Source of the DNA: Acinetobacter phage ABPH49
Sequence record: MH533020.1
Direction: 5' to 3' (one strand)
Length of the DNA: 64,000 nt
Shown here: positions 18,958 through 28,053 of the stretch, piece after piece
Layout: each line of letters starts with the position of its first letter
Numbering within the stretch: position 1 is the stretch's first letter
Made by a program: the position numbers and the translations under genes
The notes under the pieces: generated by a model
Database searches by the model: none
The model's input: only the letters and a program-made list of their open reading frames with translations
What the model was told of the DNA's origin: nothing

Positions 18958-19335
18958 ATGACCCGTCAAGAAGCACTGAATTACGTAGCAACAGAGCTGG
19001 CTGCACAGGCAGTGCGCCATCAGCGTGTGGCTGCACAACAAACTCTCGACTTCCTGAGCCAGATTGACCCAACCGGGGATCCTGACCTCGAGAAGAAGAT
19101 CCAAATGGGGAAGGAAGAGCTGGCCCTCTTCTCCTCTCAGAAGTTTCTCCGTGCACTTGAGTATCTGTACGCGGAGATCTATGACGGGCTGGAAGACAAA
19201 CATCTCATTCGCTTCGCGGAAGAGGTCGAGTACGAACTGGCCGTCTCAACTGTGGGTGCGTTGAACGCGGCGCGTGTCGGAGAGTTGGTAGACCAGCTGA
19301 TCAACGGCACCTACGTGGCACCAACAATCCAATAA
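18958..19335 (+). CDS. hypothetical protein
   Basis: RBS GAGGAGATAAAG; 125 aa. Confidence 0.5.
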   Translation: MTRQEALNYVATELAAQAVRHQRVAAQQTLDFLSQIDPTGDPDLEKKIQMGKEELALFSSQKFLRALEYLYAEIYDGLEDKHLIRFAEEVEYELAVSTVGALNAARVGELVDQLINGTYVAPTIQ

Positions 19336-19345
19336 GAGGTAATGA

Positions 19346-19837
19346 ATGGCTACAAGTCAGAACCTGAGGGCATTTCTGGACATGCTGGCATGGTCAGAGG
19401 GGACCAGTACAAGCCCGGCCACCAAAAATAACGGTTACGATGTGATCGTTACGGGGATCGACAAGAAACCCGAGGTGTTCACTGATTATTCGGATCATCC
19501 CTTCAACAAAGGGCGTAAATCCAAAGTGATCAATTCCAAAGGCCTGACTTCTAACGCCTCCGGGCGTTATCAGTTCATGCTGCGGGACTGGGCGCACTAC
19601 AAGGCTCAGCTGGGTCTGAAAGACTTCAGCCCAGAGTCTCAGGAGAAATGGGCAATTCAGCTCATCAAGGAACGAAGAGCATTGCCTGACATCGAGAACG
19701 GTAATATCACCGCTGCGATCAGTAAGTGCCGTAACATCTGGGCATCTCTGCCCGGTGCGGGGTATGACCAGCCGGAACATCCGGCAGGGAAGCTGATTGC
19801 ACAGTACGTGAAAGCCGGTGGTATCTTCAAATCCTAA
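19346..19837 (+). CDS. endolysin, lambda R-type lytic transglycosylase
   Basis: strong colinear similarity to lambda R (FLDMLAWSEGT, GYDVIV, FTDYSDHP, GRYQ, LGLKDFSP, IWASLPGAGY). Confidence 0.85.
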   Translation: MATSQNLRAFLDMLAWSEGTSTSPATKNNGYDVIVTGIDKKPEVFTDYSDHPFNKGRKSKVINSKGLTSNASGRYQFMLRDWAHYKAQLGLKDFSPESQEKWAIQLIKERRALPDIENGNITAAISKCRNIWASLPGAGYDQPEHPAGKLIAQYVKAGGIFKS

Positions 19838-19849
19838 AAGGAGACACAC

Positions 19850-20596
19850 ATGCGTCGAAACAACCGTAAAGAAGCACAGGATCGCCGTGACCGTAAAGAA
19901 GTCCGTGGCCGGATTGTAACTCAGCGTGGTAGAGAGGAAGCCTCGATGGCTAAGCCGATCACCCCGCAGGGGATCTTCCAGAAGGATCTTCTTTTCGCGA
20001 TTTCCAACAAGAGTGCAGTCTTCGTTGATGCACCTGCTGGTTCGGGTAAGACGTTTGTTGTGATGAGTACCGTATCTGACTGGCTGAAGCAGGGCAAGAT
20101 CAAGAAGATCGTCCTGTCCCGACCAAGTGTCGGGATGGGTAAGTCTCTCGGACTCTTGCCCGGAGACATCAAGGAGAAGTTCGAGCCGTATCTGGCAGCA
20201 CTGATCTCTGTGTTGACAAATCGGTACGGGCACGGGTACTATGAGACTCAACTGTCCAACAAGAACATCGAGTTCGTGCCTCTGGAATACATCCGTGGCC
20301 GGTCATTTGACAACGCTGTCGTGATCGTCGACGAGTTCCAGAACACCACAGAGGATGATGCTTACACCATCATGACTCGTCTGGGTGAGAACTCTCGCAT
20401 GTTCTGTCTGGGTGATTGCACCCAGAGCGACATGAGGGGCCGTACAACTGGACTGGAGTGGGCGATCAGCTTCATCGATCGTCACAATCTTGGAGAGTTT
20501 GCGGAAATTGTGGAAGGCGACAGCGACGATATCGTCCGCAGTCCTTTCTGCCGGGCGGTTGTTAAAGCTCGAGAACAAGATCTGGGTCTGAATTAA
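19850..20596 (+). CDS. phoH: PhoH-like ATPase
   Basis: Walker A GSGKT, PhoH-like conserved blocks; RBS AAAGGAGACACAC. Confidence 0.8.
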   Translation: MRRNNRKEAQDRRDRKEVRGRIVTQRGREEASMAKPITPQGIFQKDLLFAISNKSAVFVDAPAGSGKTFVVMSTVSDWLKQGKIKKIVLSRPSVGMGKSLGLLPGDIKEKFEPYLAALISVLTNRYGHGYYETQLSNKNIEFVPLEYIRGRSFDNAVVIVDEFQNTTEDDAYTIMTRLGENSRMFCLGDCTQSDMRGRTTGLEWAISFIDRHNLGEFAEIVEGDSDDIVRSPFCRAVVKAREQDLGLN

Positions 20597-20605
20597 GGAG
20601 TCAAA

Positions 20606-20707
20606 ATGCAAGATGAATTCGATGGTTTCATCGGCTACGGTGAAGGCATCCTCGGTGAAGAAGACTGGGGAGTTTTCAAGAAGAGTGAGGAGAACTGGGA
20701 TGTTTGA
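20606..20707 (+). CDS. tiny acidic protein (33 aa)
   Basis: excellent RBS TAAGGAG 7 nt upstream of ATG; below the track cutoff. Confidence 0.3.
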   Translation: MQDEFDGFIGYGEGILGEEDWGVFKKSEENWDV

Positions 20708-20821
20708 TAAACAAATGGCCCAACTTCACTCGGATGCGATGAAGCTCCGCAGTCTGATGGATGACCTGCTGATTCGCTCAGCTGAAGATGTGGATTTCTT
20801 CGACGAGTACGAGGGCGTCTA

Positions 20822-21454
20822 ATGTATTACACGGGGATCGGCAGTAGAGATATCCCGGCAGAGGTGGTTAGCATCATGGAAGATGCTGGCTACCGACTTG
20901 CCAAGATGGGGTGGGTTCTCCGCTCAGGAAAGGCAGACGGGTCCGACGCAGCATTCCAACGTGGGATGCAGAAGTACGTGATAGACTCTGGGATCTCGGA
21001 CTACAAGCGCTTGGCTGAAATTTACATCCCTTGGGACAATTTCACCGGCGGTCAAGGACTTCGAGATCATTGGGACATAAGTCTGAACCAAATCGACATG
21101 TTGTTCCCAGAGCACTCGGCGATGAGGAAGGAGTGGATGTCTGAAGTTCACCCAGCACCAGAGCGTTTGTCTCAGGGTGCCGAGAAACTTCACCTCCGCA
21201 ACGTCCATCAGGTGTTCGGTCCAAACCTGACAGATGCCTTCATAAACCAGAGCAAGTTCGTGTTGTATTACGCGAAAGAAGACAAGAAGGGTAATCCAAA
21301 AGGCGGCACTGCCACGGCTGTAAACCTTGCCAAGAAGACCGGGATCCGAGTCCTTAACCTTCTGAATCAAGAGGGGCGTGACAAGCTGGAGAGTTTCCTC
21401 AAGCAAATGGAGGAGAGAAGGAATGCAAAAAGTGAAGGTAGTCCTCTGCGCTAA
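20822..21454 (+). CDS. SLOG/DprA(Smf)-like Rossmann-fold protein
   Basis: YTGIGSRDIP...SGKADGSDAAF resembles the DprA/LOG-type nucleotide-binding core; 210 aa. Confidence 0.4.
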   Translation: MYYTGIGSRDIPAEVVSIMEDAGYRLAKMGWVLRSGKADGSDAAFQRGMQKYVIDSGISDYKRLAEIYIPWDNFTGGQGLRDHWDISLNQIDMLFPEHSAMRKEWMSEVHPAPERLSQGAEKLHLRNVHQVFGPNLTDAFINQSKFVLYYAKEDKKGNPKGGTATAVNLAKKTGIRVLNLLNQEGRDKLESFLKQMEERRNAKSEGSPLR

Positions 21455-21569
21455 GTGCCTGAAGGTGTATAGGATAAAAGACCCTAAGGATTGTTGCCCG
21501 GGGTGCAAGAAGCAGATATTCTACTCGAACTACACGACCGAGGAGGTTGATGATGTTAAAGGATCCTAA
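21423..21569 (+). CDS. small Zn-ribbon protein
   Basis: CAKC...CPGC pattern; RBS GGAGAGAAGG. Confidence 0.4.
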   Translation: MQKVKVVLCAKCLKVYRIKDPKDCCPGCKKQIFYSNYTTEEVDDVKGS

Positions 21570-21879
21570 GGACCTGAATTATCTCTACTCGTTGGGTAAG
21601 AGAAAAGGCGCACAGTATTTTGAAGTGTGCAACATAGTCGGCGACTGGCTGATTAGTGTTGACGATGGGAAGAAGGTTTGCAAGAGTGACCAGCTTACCC
21701 GTCGCCGGATGTTCCGCGAAGCGGAGTTCATTGTGAAGCCACAAGTTGAGGGCCAGCCTTACAAGCAAGGGGCGAGGATCTCTAAGGAAGATAGTGATGG
21801 ACACCCAGCATGGTTCTACATTGTTGAAGTCGGCGAAGAAAGCCCTGACGGAGACGTCAAGTTGTTGGTTGCGTACTGA
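21547..21879 (+). CDS. hypothetical protein
   Basis: ORF track 110 aa. Confidence 0.5.
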   Translation: MMMLKDPKDLNYLYSLGKRKGAQYFEVCNIVGDWLISVDDGKKVCKSDQLTRRRMFREAEFIVKPQVEGQPYKQGARISKEDSDGHPAWFYIVEVGEESPDGDVKLLVAY

Positions 21880-21895
21880 TCAAAAGGGAGAGTGC

Positions 21896-22405
21896 ATGAG
21901 TCAAGTGTTGTTGGCGGTGGTTCCGCATCGTCGGTTGATGGAGCTGAAGAACTCCGGGGTTGTTCGTCCACAAACGATCAAAGATTTGGCGGATATCGCC
22001 TTCATCAGACTGCGTGACAAGATCATTGCCAAGCGGATTGAAGCAGAGAAGCCTACCGGAATCCTGCGGCTGATGAAAAGAAGCACATTCGAACACCACC
22101 TTACCCGCGAGGTTGAAGTGATGTTCGAGAATCGCGAGGCGCTGGTGTCTCACGTCCAGTGCATTAAGGATCGTCTGCCAACACCTCTTGTGCCGGTGGA
22201 TGAGTCAGAAGTGAAGGATCTTCTGTTCTTGGATCGCGCTACCACGTGTGCCGCAGAAGCGGAGAAGGTTGTGATGCTGTTCAAACTGCATGACGAGGTA
22301 ATCGTTGATGCGGATACCAGCTTCCTGTTGAGCTGGCTGATGAGCAACACGCAGCGAATCAAAGACCACATTGCCGGGGAGGTGAAAGATGAATCGAACC
22401 AATAA
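21896..22405 (+). CDS. hypothetical protein
   Basis: RBS AGGGAGAGTGC ATG; 169 aa. Confidence 0.5.
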   Translation: MSQVLLAVVPHRRLMELKNSGVVRPQTIKDLADIAFIRLRDKIIAKRIEAEKPTGILRLMKRSTFEHHLTREVEVMFENREALVSHVQCIKDRLPTPLVPVDESEVKDLLFLDRATTCAAEAEKVVMLFKLHDEVIVDADTSFLLSWLMSNTQRIKDHIAGEVKDESNQ

Positions 22406-23240
22406 GCGTGAAGATTTGGATGGCGGTTTCATGACGGTTGATACCAGCTCAGAGCGTTCGATCTGGCGTCGTGAGCAGATCACCACCCTTTGGGAGGTTT
22501 ACCTGTCCGGGGCAATGGAGAATCATGGCGATCATTTGGAACGTATCGACCTGATCCGTGCCGCGAGTCCAGAAGATACAATCCGTATCCACCTGAACAC
22601 GCCGGGCGGTGTTGTCTCCATCATGGAAAGCTACCTCGACGCGATCTCCGAGTCTCAGGCGAAGATCATTACCCGCGCCGTTGGGCAAGTTTGCTCTGCC
22701 GGGACTGACATCTGGCTGGCCGGTGATGAGCGTGAAATCTCAGACCGAGCTATCTTCATGTTCCACAACACGCAGCTGTGGACCGGTGGCGACCTGTATA
22801 ACGTTCAGAAGTACGCTGACTTCTCGTCACGTCTGTTCAAGGACCAGCTGACCGTAACCTACGGCGAAGTGCTGACAGAGGCAGAGCTGAACACCATCTT
22901 CACCGGCGGCGAGGTGTGGTTGAGGGGAACTGACATGCAACGCCGTGTCGAGGGCGTAGCGCCTCAGCAGCTGGTCGGGAAAGAGATTGCGAGCGAGACT
23001 GAAGAACCTTCTTCCGGGCGTGAGCTGAAGATCATTCTGGAAGATGGCTACAGTAAACTCATCCCGATTGACACCCTCTCGGTAAAGGACTTTTACGAGT
23101 TCAACCACCAAGAGCTGAAGGGCATCTTGAGCGGTATGGGAGTATCACCTGACCGCTGGATGGGCGTCCGATCGGCCACTGACCTTGCCCAGATGGTCGT
23201 TGACGTGGTGAACGAAACGTATAAGCGGGGCGATCAGTGA
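22389..23240 (+). CDS. ClpP-family serine protease-like protein
   Basis: ClpP-like motifs TPGGVV and GQVCSAGT with downstream His region; 283 aa; located in a non-structural region. Confidence 0.6.
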   Translation: MNRTNKREDLDGGFMTVDTSSERSIWRREQITTLWEVYLSGAMENHGDHLERIDLIRAASPEDTIRIHLNTPGGVVSIMESYLDAISESQAKIITRAVGQVCSAGTDIWLAGDEREISDRAIFMFHNTQLWTGGDLYNVQKYADFSSRLFKDQLTVTYGEVLTEAELNTIFTGGEVWLRGTDMQRRVEGVAPQQLVGKEIASETEEPSSGRELKIILEDGYSKLIPIDTLSVKDFYEFNHQELKGILSGMGVSPDRWMGVRSATDLAQMVVDVVNETYKRGDQ

Positions 23241-23779
23241 CGGAAGAGAAAAAGAAGAAGCAAAAACCACGCCTGAAGTCGAAGGAAGATCGTGCAGCTC
23301 ATGATCTGTACGAAACTCCAAAGTGGTGTGTTGATTCTATTCTGAAGATCATCCCGATCAGGAACGACTGGTCTTACATGGAACCTTGCCGGGCATCCGG
23401 CAGGTTTTATAACCACATGCCGATCGGTTCTGCGTGGGGAGAGATCAGACACGGTATCGACTACCTGAAAACGGAGTACAACAACCGTGTGGATTGCATC
23501 CTGACCAACCCTCCATTCCTGCTGGCACAGGAGTTCGTGGAGAAGGCGCACAAGGACGCAGACGTGGTAATCATGCTGCTTCGCCTTGGGTTCTTGGAGA
23601 GTCAGCGTCGGGAAGAGTTCTGGAAACAGTATCCTCTCAACCACCTGATCACTCTGTCACGAAGACCATCCTTTACCGAGGACGGAAAGACTGATGGGGC
23701 AGGGTACGGATACTTCGTTTGGGATCCCAAGGGCAAGCTGAAAGACTTGAAATTGCCACCGTTCATGTGGATCAGCTGA
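23237..23779 (+). CDS. DNA N6-adenine methyltransferase (orphan)
   Basis: motif I region DLYETP and catalytic motif IV NPPF; 180 aa. Confidence 0.6.
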   Translation: MTEEKKKKQKPRLKSKEDRAAHDLYETPKWCVDSILKIIPIRNDWSYMEPCRASGRFYNHMPIGSAWGEIRHGIDYLKTEYNNRVDCILTNPPFLLAQEFVEKAHKDADVVIMLLRLGFLESQRREEFWKQYPLNHLITLSRRPSFTEDGKTDGAGYGYFVWDPKGKLKDLKLPPFMWIS

Positions 23780-23782
23780 TAC

Positions 23783-23810
23783 AAGGCCGCCTTCGGGCGG
23801 CTTTTTTCGT
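23783..23810 (+). terminator. rho-independent terminator (AAGGCCGCCTTCGGGCGGCTTTTTTCG)
   Basis: GC hairpin with UUCG loop plus T-run right after the methyltransferase stop. Confidence 0.7.
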
Positions 23811-23818
23811 TTATGGTG

Positions 23819-23847
23819 TTGACACCCGGTAATGATTCGAGTAATAT
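23819..23847 (+). promoter_or_regulatory. sigma70-like promoter (TTGACA-17-TAATAT)
   Basis: consensus hexamers with optimal spacing, then RBS GGAGGAAAC and ATG 23869. Confidence 0.6.
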
Positions 23848-23868
23848 GCTCTAAACACCGGAGGAAAC

Positions 23869-24228
23869 ATGAAATATTACCTGTATGCAGTTGCCCTGTT
23901 CACCAAGAAAGACAAGAAGCCTAACGGCTCGATGGTAAAACTCGTCGAAAGTAAGGATGAAGGTCTTGAAAGTGAAGGCATCCGGTGCTACACTTTGAAA
24001 ATCGACACGGCGACATTCTCTCGTTGGAATAATGCTCTGTCCTCCTGCGATGACGGTACAGGTTGGGCAGTTATCCCACAAACAGAAGCGGAGCTGTTGG
24101 CTAAAATAACGGGGAAAGAGTTAAAACCTTTCCGAAACCCAGATTGGGAAGACAAAATAGAGGAGTATAAAGCATGGCCGGGCCAAAACGAGACTTCGAC
24201 AAGGTATTTGAGTTCGAGACAGCTGTAA
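23869..24228 (+). CDS. hypothetical protein
   Basis: ORF track 119 aa; promoter and RBS upstream. Confidence 0.5.
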   Translation: MKYYLYAVALFTKKDKKPNGSMVKLVESKDEGLESEGIRCYTLKIDTATFSRWNNALSSCDDGTGWAVIPQTEAELLAKITGKELKPFRNPDWEDKIEEYKAWPGQNETSTRYLSSRQL

Positions 24229-24386
24229 ATCCAGACTTCCTCGCGGCAGTTAGCTGTTACCCGGACGTGTGGATCTCTTATATCGGTACAGAATCTTGGG
24301 ACGATAGCATTGAAGTTATCGTGACTTCAAAAAATGAAAAGTCGGTGTCTGAGCTGGCAGAAAGATTCGGAGGTAAGAATGGCTGA
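24174..24386 (+). CDS. hypothetical protein
   Basis: ORF track 70 aa; overlaps the upstream gene by 55 nt in another frame, so uncertain. Confidence 0.35.
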   Translation: MAGPKRDFDKVFEFETAVNPDFLAAVSCYPDVWISYIGTESWDDSIEVIVTSKNEKSVSELAERFGGKNG

Positions 24387-25640
24387 TATCAAAAATATCT
24401 GGTTGGTGGCGCTGTCCGCGACATGCTGATGGGCAAGGAACCAAAAGACCGCGATTACGTGGTGGTTGGGTCTACCCATGAGGAGATGATCTCCCTTGGC
24501 TTCGGTATGCCATTTGGTGCGGCATTCCCTGTCTATCACCACCCTGAAACCAAGGAAGAGTATGCACTGGCACGTACAGAGCGCTCAACCGGTCCGGGTT
24601 ACCACGACTTCGAGACTTTGTTCTCGCCTGACGTAACTCTGGAACAGGACCTGCTTCGCCGCGACCTGACGATCAATGCGATCGCATACGACGAAGAGAC
24701 TGGTGAGTTCATCGATCCGCATGGCGGTGTTGAAGACATCAAAAATAAACAGCTGCGTCCGGTAAACCCAAAGGCATTCCTTGAGGATCCTCTGCGAATC
24801 TACCGACTGGCTCGTCTGTTTGCCCGGTACGGCGGTGAGTTCCAAATCGGTTGGCGCACCATGTGGCTGGTAACTCAGGCTGTCAAAGCCGGTGGCCTGA
24901 ACCACCTGCCAAAGGAAAGGAAATTCGCCGAGATCGAGAAGTGCTTCAAAGACGACTCTCGCAGCAACAAACCTTCCATGATGATCACCTTCTTGGCAGA
25001 TATCGGTGAACTGCCGGAGATTGCTGCTCTGGAAGGTGTCCCACAACCGGCGGAGCACCATCCTGAGGGTGACGCTTTCGTCCACACTATGTTGGTGATG
25101 GATGCCGCGTTCAATCTGGGGGCGAGCGCACAGGAGCTGTTCGCAGCCATGCTGCACGACGTGGGAAAGGCCGTGGTTTACGAAAAGTACGGCAAGCTTC
25201 ACGGTCACGAAGAGGCGGGTGTTCCGGTAGTGGAGCAAGTGTGCGACCGGTTTGGTGTACCACTCAGCTGGAGAAAGCTGGCGGTTGTGTGCACAGAGAA
25301 TCATGGCCGGGTCCACAAAATCCGCGACATGCGCCCAAAAAAGGTTCTGGCACTCCTTGAACGATTGAAAGCAGAGCAATCCTTTGATACGATGCTGTCA
25401 CTGTGTCTGGTTTGTCAGGCCGACGCATGGGGACGTGGCCCGGATCGTTATGGAAAGATGTACCTGCAAGGGGTGTACCTGATGAATGTTGCAGAAGCTC
25501 TGGCACTGGCACGGAAAGATCTGAAGATCAAAAACCGTGAAATTGCCTTGCAATGCAAAGGTAATCCGGGTAAGATTGCTGAAAGAGTTCGGGCAGAGAA
25601 ACTGTCCGTGGTAAAATCCGCGATACGGGAGATGAGTTGA
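24379..25640 (+). CDS. cca: CCA-adding tRNA nucleotidyltransferase with C-terminal HD domain; apparent 1-nt frameshift near 24390-24398
   Basis: MADIKNI in one frame, then YLVGGAVRDMLMG..DRDYVVVGST..EEYALARTER..HD domain in the next; colinear with E. coli Cca; the junction is an A5 run. Confidence 0.8.
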
Positions 25641-25996
25641 TGGAAGAGGCAAAACGTAACCAACCGGCAGAGACGTTCTTGGACTTCATGTTGTCAAACC
25701 CCCATGACTTTGTGGTCAAGAAGGAAGACATGAAATCTCACTACACCATGACTGTCCGTCACAAATGGACATCCGCCTCAGTTGTGGTCGTGTCTGGGCG
25801 TGGTGACGTATACACCATCCGCCCGGTGGAGGAGAAAGAGGGTGTTATCGGCTACAGTCATCCAGATACCGCGAAAAACATCTGGAATCAGGGAAGCCGA
25901 ATCATCGAAGACGAGAAAATCTTCGGAGAATATTCCCGTGACGTGAGGACTTCGGCGGCACTGGGGGAGTTCTATGACAAAAAAGAAGAAGGATAA
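25637..25996 (+). CDS. hypothetical protein
   Basis: ORF track 119 aa; ATGA coupling. Confidence 0.5.
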   Translation: MMEEAKRNQPAETFLDFMLSNPHDFVVKKEDMKSHYTMTVRHKWTSASVVVVSGRGDVYTIRPVEEKEGVIGYSHPDTAKNIWNQGSRIIEDEKIFGEYSRDVRTSAALGEFYDKKEEG

Positions 25997-26198
25997 GTTC
26001 CGCTTCGAAGGGCATGTCTGGTATGCAGACAAGAACTGTGGTAAACAAGTCTGCGCCGCGTGCGGGCTTGTTGCCCTTAACAATGAGGCCAGCGACTGGT
26101 GCATCCGTAAAGGTTGCAATTACAAAGATGATCCTGCTTACGAGTTGGCGATGGTCCGGCTTACAGAAGGGAAGAGCTTTATAAGGAGGAAACGATGA
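25974..26198 (+). CDS. small Cys-rich (Zn-binding) protein
   Basis: C..C...CAACG...C pattern; 74 aa. Confidence 0.45.
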   Translation: MTKKKKDKFRFEGHVWYADKNCGKQVCAACGLVALNNEASDWCIRKGCNYKDDPAYELAMVRLTEGKSFIRRKR

Positions 26199-26668
26199 AA
26201 TTAAGAGCTTATGCGCTGGTAAACCAATACATCGCCGGGATCCATGCCGGTATTCAGACTGCTCACGCGCTGATGGAATTGTCCGCGAAGTATGATCTTC
26301 GAGACTGCTTTGACGGAGATGATGCTGCAATGTTTTACGACTGGCGTCGGGAAGACAAAACGCTCATCGTCCTCAATGGTGGGTACCAGCAGCGTATCTA
26401 CGAGGCGATGGAGCTTTGGTCCAAGAGCGTATTCCCATATGCCCACTTCTGTGAAGAGCAGGATGCGTTAAACGGTGCATTGACGGCTGCGGTAATCATC
26501 CTGCCGGAGTATGTCTACGATCGAGCTAACCACATCACTTCTGAGGATGGTTCGTCGCTGTACCACATGCCGGATGGTCTCGAGACAGGAAATGACGTTG
26601 TCGAACTCAACTACATCGAGCGTCAAATCTCTGAATCTTTGGGCAAATTCCGACTGAAGGGGGAGTAA
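26195..26668 (+). CDS. PTH2-like (peptidyl-tRNA hydrolase 2 fold) protein, tentative
   Basis: LVNQYIAGIHAGIQTAHA and ...TLIVLNG....LTAAVIILPE loosely match the PTH2 pattern; weak call. Confidence 0.35.
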   Translation: MKLRAYALVNQYIAGIHAGIQTAHALMELSAKYDLRDCFDGDDAAMFYDWRREDKTLIVLNGGYQQRIYEAMELWSKSVFPYAHFCEEQDALNGALTAAVIILPEYVYDRANHITSEDGSSLYHMPDGLETGNDVVELNYIERQISESLGKFRLKGE

Positions 26669-26949
26669 TGGAAGATAAACACGGGGTGTTCATGTACGGG
26701 GACGAGAAGATCGTCGTCTACCAGCAGCCGGGTTGGTTGTACATGTATTGGCGGCACCTGCCGATCGAATACGGTACACGACTCGCACAGACAGGTCCAA
26801 GTGTTTTCGAAAAGAAATACAAAGGATCTTTTGAGAAGTGGTTCGATGCTGTCCAGAAGCGAGAGAAAGAAACAATGCTCAGCTATCAGGAACAGGCGCG
26901 TGACCTTCTTAACCAAGCGGAGTATATCCGTAAAAACAACGGATTCTGA
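26668..26949 (+). CDS. hypothetical protein
   Basis: ORF track 93 aa. Confidence 0.5.
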   Translation: MEDKHGVFMYGDEKIVVYQQPGWLYMYWRHLPIEYGTRLAQTGPSVFEKKYKGSFEKWFDAVQKREKETMLSYQEQARDLLNQAEYIRKNNGF

Positions 26950-26957
26950 GGAGAATC

Positions 26958-27437
26958 ATGAAAGTAAAAGAGCTTATCGACCTCTTGTCGAAGATGGACC
27001 CAGAGGCTACGGCGCTGTTCGCAGCTGACCGTCTCCACGCCTCCATCGGTGGAACACCGGCCCTGCCGGTTGCCACGGTGTCCGCTGGTTTTGACTGGGA
27101 CAACAACAAAGTGTTCATTGGGCCGCCGGTTGGCGCTCACTTCCTGCAAGTTTCCCGGGAAGACTTCAGAGAGGTCATCGAGTGGAAGCAGCTGCTGTCC
27201 GGTTGTCGTAGTCGTGGGGAAGTTAAGGCGATCCAAGCGAAATACATTGACAAGGAAGAGTTGCGTGGTAAACTGGCCGACATCATCAGAAAACATTTTG
27301 GTGATGACTGGTACCCGAGCTGTTCCGAGTCGATTTTCCAGTGCGACACCCCGTTGATCGAGTCCCCTTCAGTGGTTGCTGAAATCATGGAAGAGTTCGA
27401 TCTTTACAAAAGCGTAGATGAAGAAGAAGAGGAGTAA
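26958..27437 (+). CDS. hypothetical protein (acidic C-terminus)
   Basis: ORF track 159 aa; RBS GAGGAGAATC. Confidence 0.5.
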   Translation: MKVKELIDLLSKMDPEATALFAADRLHASIGGTPALPVATVSAGFDWDNNKVFIGPPVGAHFLQVSREDFREVIEWKQLLSGCRSRGEVKAIQAKYIDKEELRGKLADIIRKHFGDDWYPSCSESIFQCDTPLIESPSVVAEIMEEFDLYKSVDEEEEE

Positions 27438-27442
27438 TAAAC

Positions 27443-27841
27443 ATGGCTGCATACATTTCGGTAATCGTACTTCAGGCACTGTGCCTGTTTCTGGCACTGT
27501 TCGGCATGTTCGGCAAGGCGATCCTGAAGAAAGCCGGTAAGTGGGAATTCAAACCTGAGCCGATCTCTACAGCTCAGAAGGTTGTCCAGCTGCTTATCGC
27601 GATTGGCTACGCGGTGCTGATTTACTTTGCCACCATCGGCACCTTCGTCGGCAACCTGCCTCTGGTTCTGTTCGTTATTCAGGTGACCACCACTTCAGTT
27701 CTTTACCTGAAGCACCTGCCTAAGCGAATGACGTCTGATGACCTGTCCGGCACCATGTTCACCATCAGCGTCGCATACGCGATTGGTATTCTGGTCGCCT
27801 ACACCTACATGGGTCTGGTCTGCGCCCGAGTGGTTGGCTGA
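27443..27841 (+). CDS. integral membrane protein (about 4 TM helices)
   Basis: ORF track 132 aa; long hydrophobic stretches. Confidence 0.55.
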   Translation: MAAYISVIVLQALCLFLALFGMFGKAILKKAGKWEFKPEPISTAQKVVQLLIAIGYAVLIYFATIGTFVGNLPLVLFVIQVTTTSVLYLKHLPKRMTSDDLSGTMFTISVAYAIGILVAYTYMGLVCARVVG

Positions 27842-28053
27842 TGAAAACATGTGACAGCTGCACACACTGCATTGTCATGAAAGGGAAGCCGCACAATCTG
27901 TGCGGCCTTCACGATTATAGAGTCAAGGGGGTTCACACCTGCTTGAGCTTCAAAGGGAGAAAATATGAGCGAAGAGAACAAGGTCCCCGGAAAAGTAATC
28001 ATGAAGTGCTTGGCCGGATCGAAGGCATACGGAACATCTGTCCCGACGAGTGA
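27841..28053 (+). CDS. small Cys-rich protein (CxxC..HC)
   Basis: ORF track 70 aa; overlaps the downstream gene start by about 90 nt, so uncertain. Confidence 0.3.
   Translation: MKTCDSCTHCIVMKGKPHNLCGLHDYRVKGVHTCLSFKGRKYERREQGPRKSNHEVLGRIEGIRNICPDE

Noticed and set aside
19394-20251. 285-aa ORF on the - strand
   Set aside because: It is antisense to the endolysin and phoH genes, which have strong homology support.
24585-25379. 264-aa ORF on the - strand
   Set aside because: It is antisense to the CCA-adding enzyme gene.
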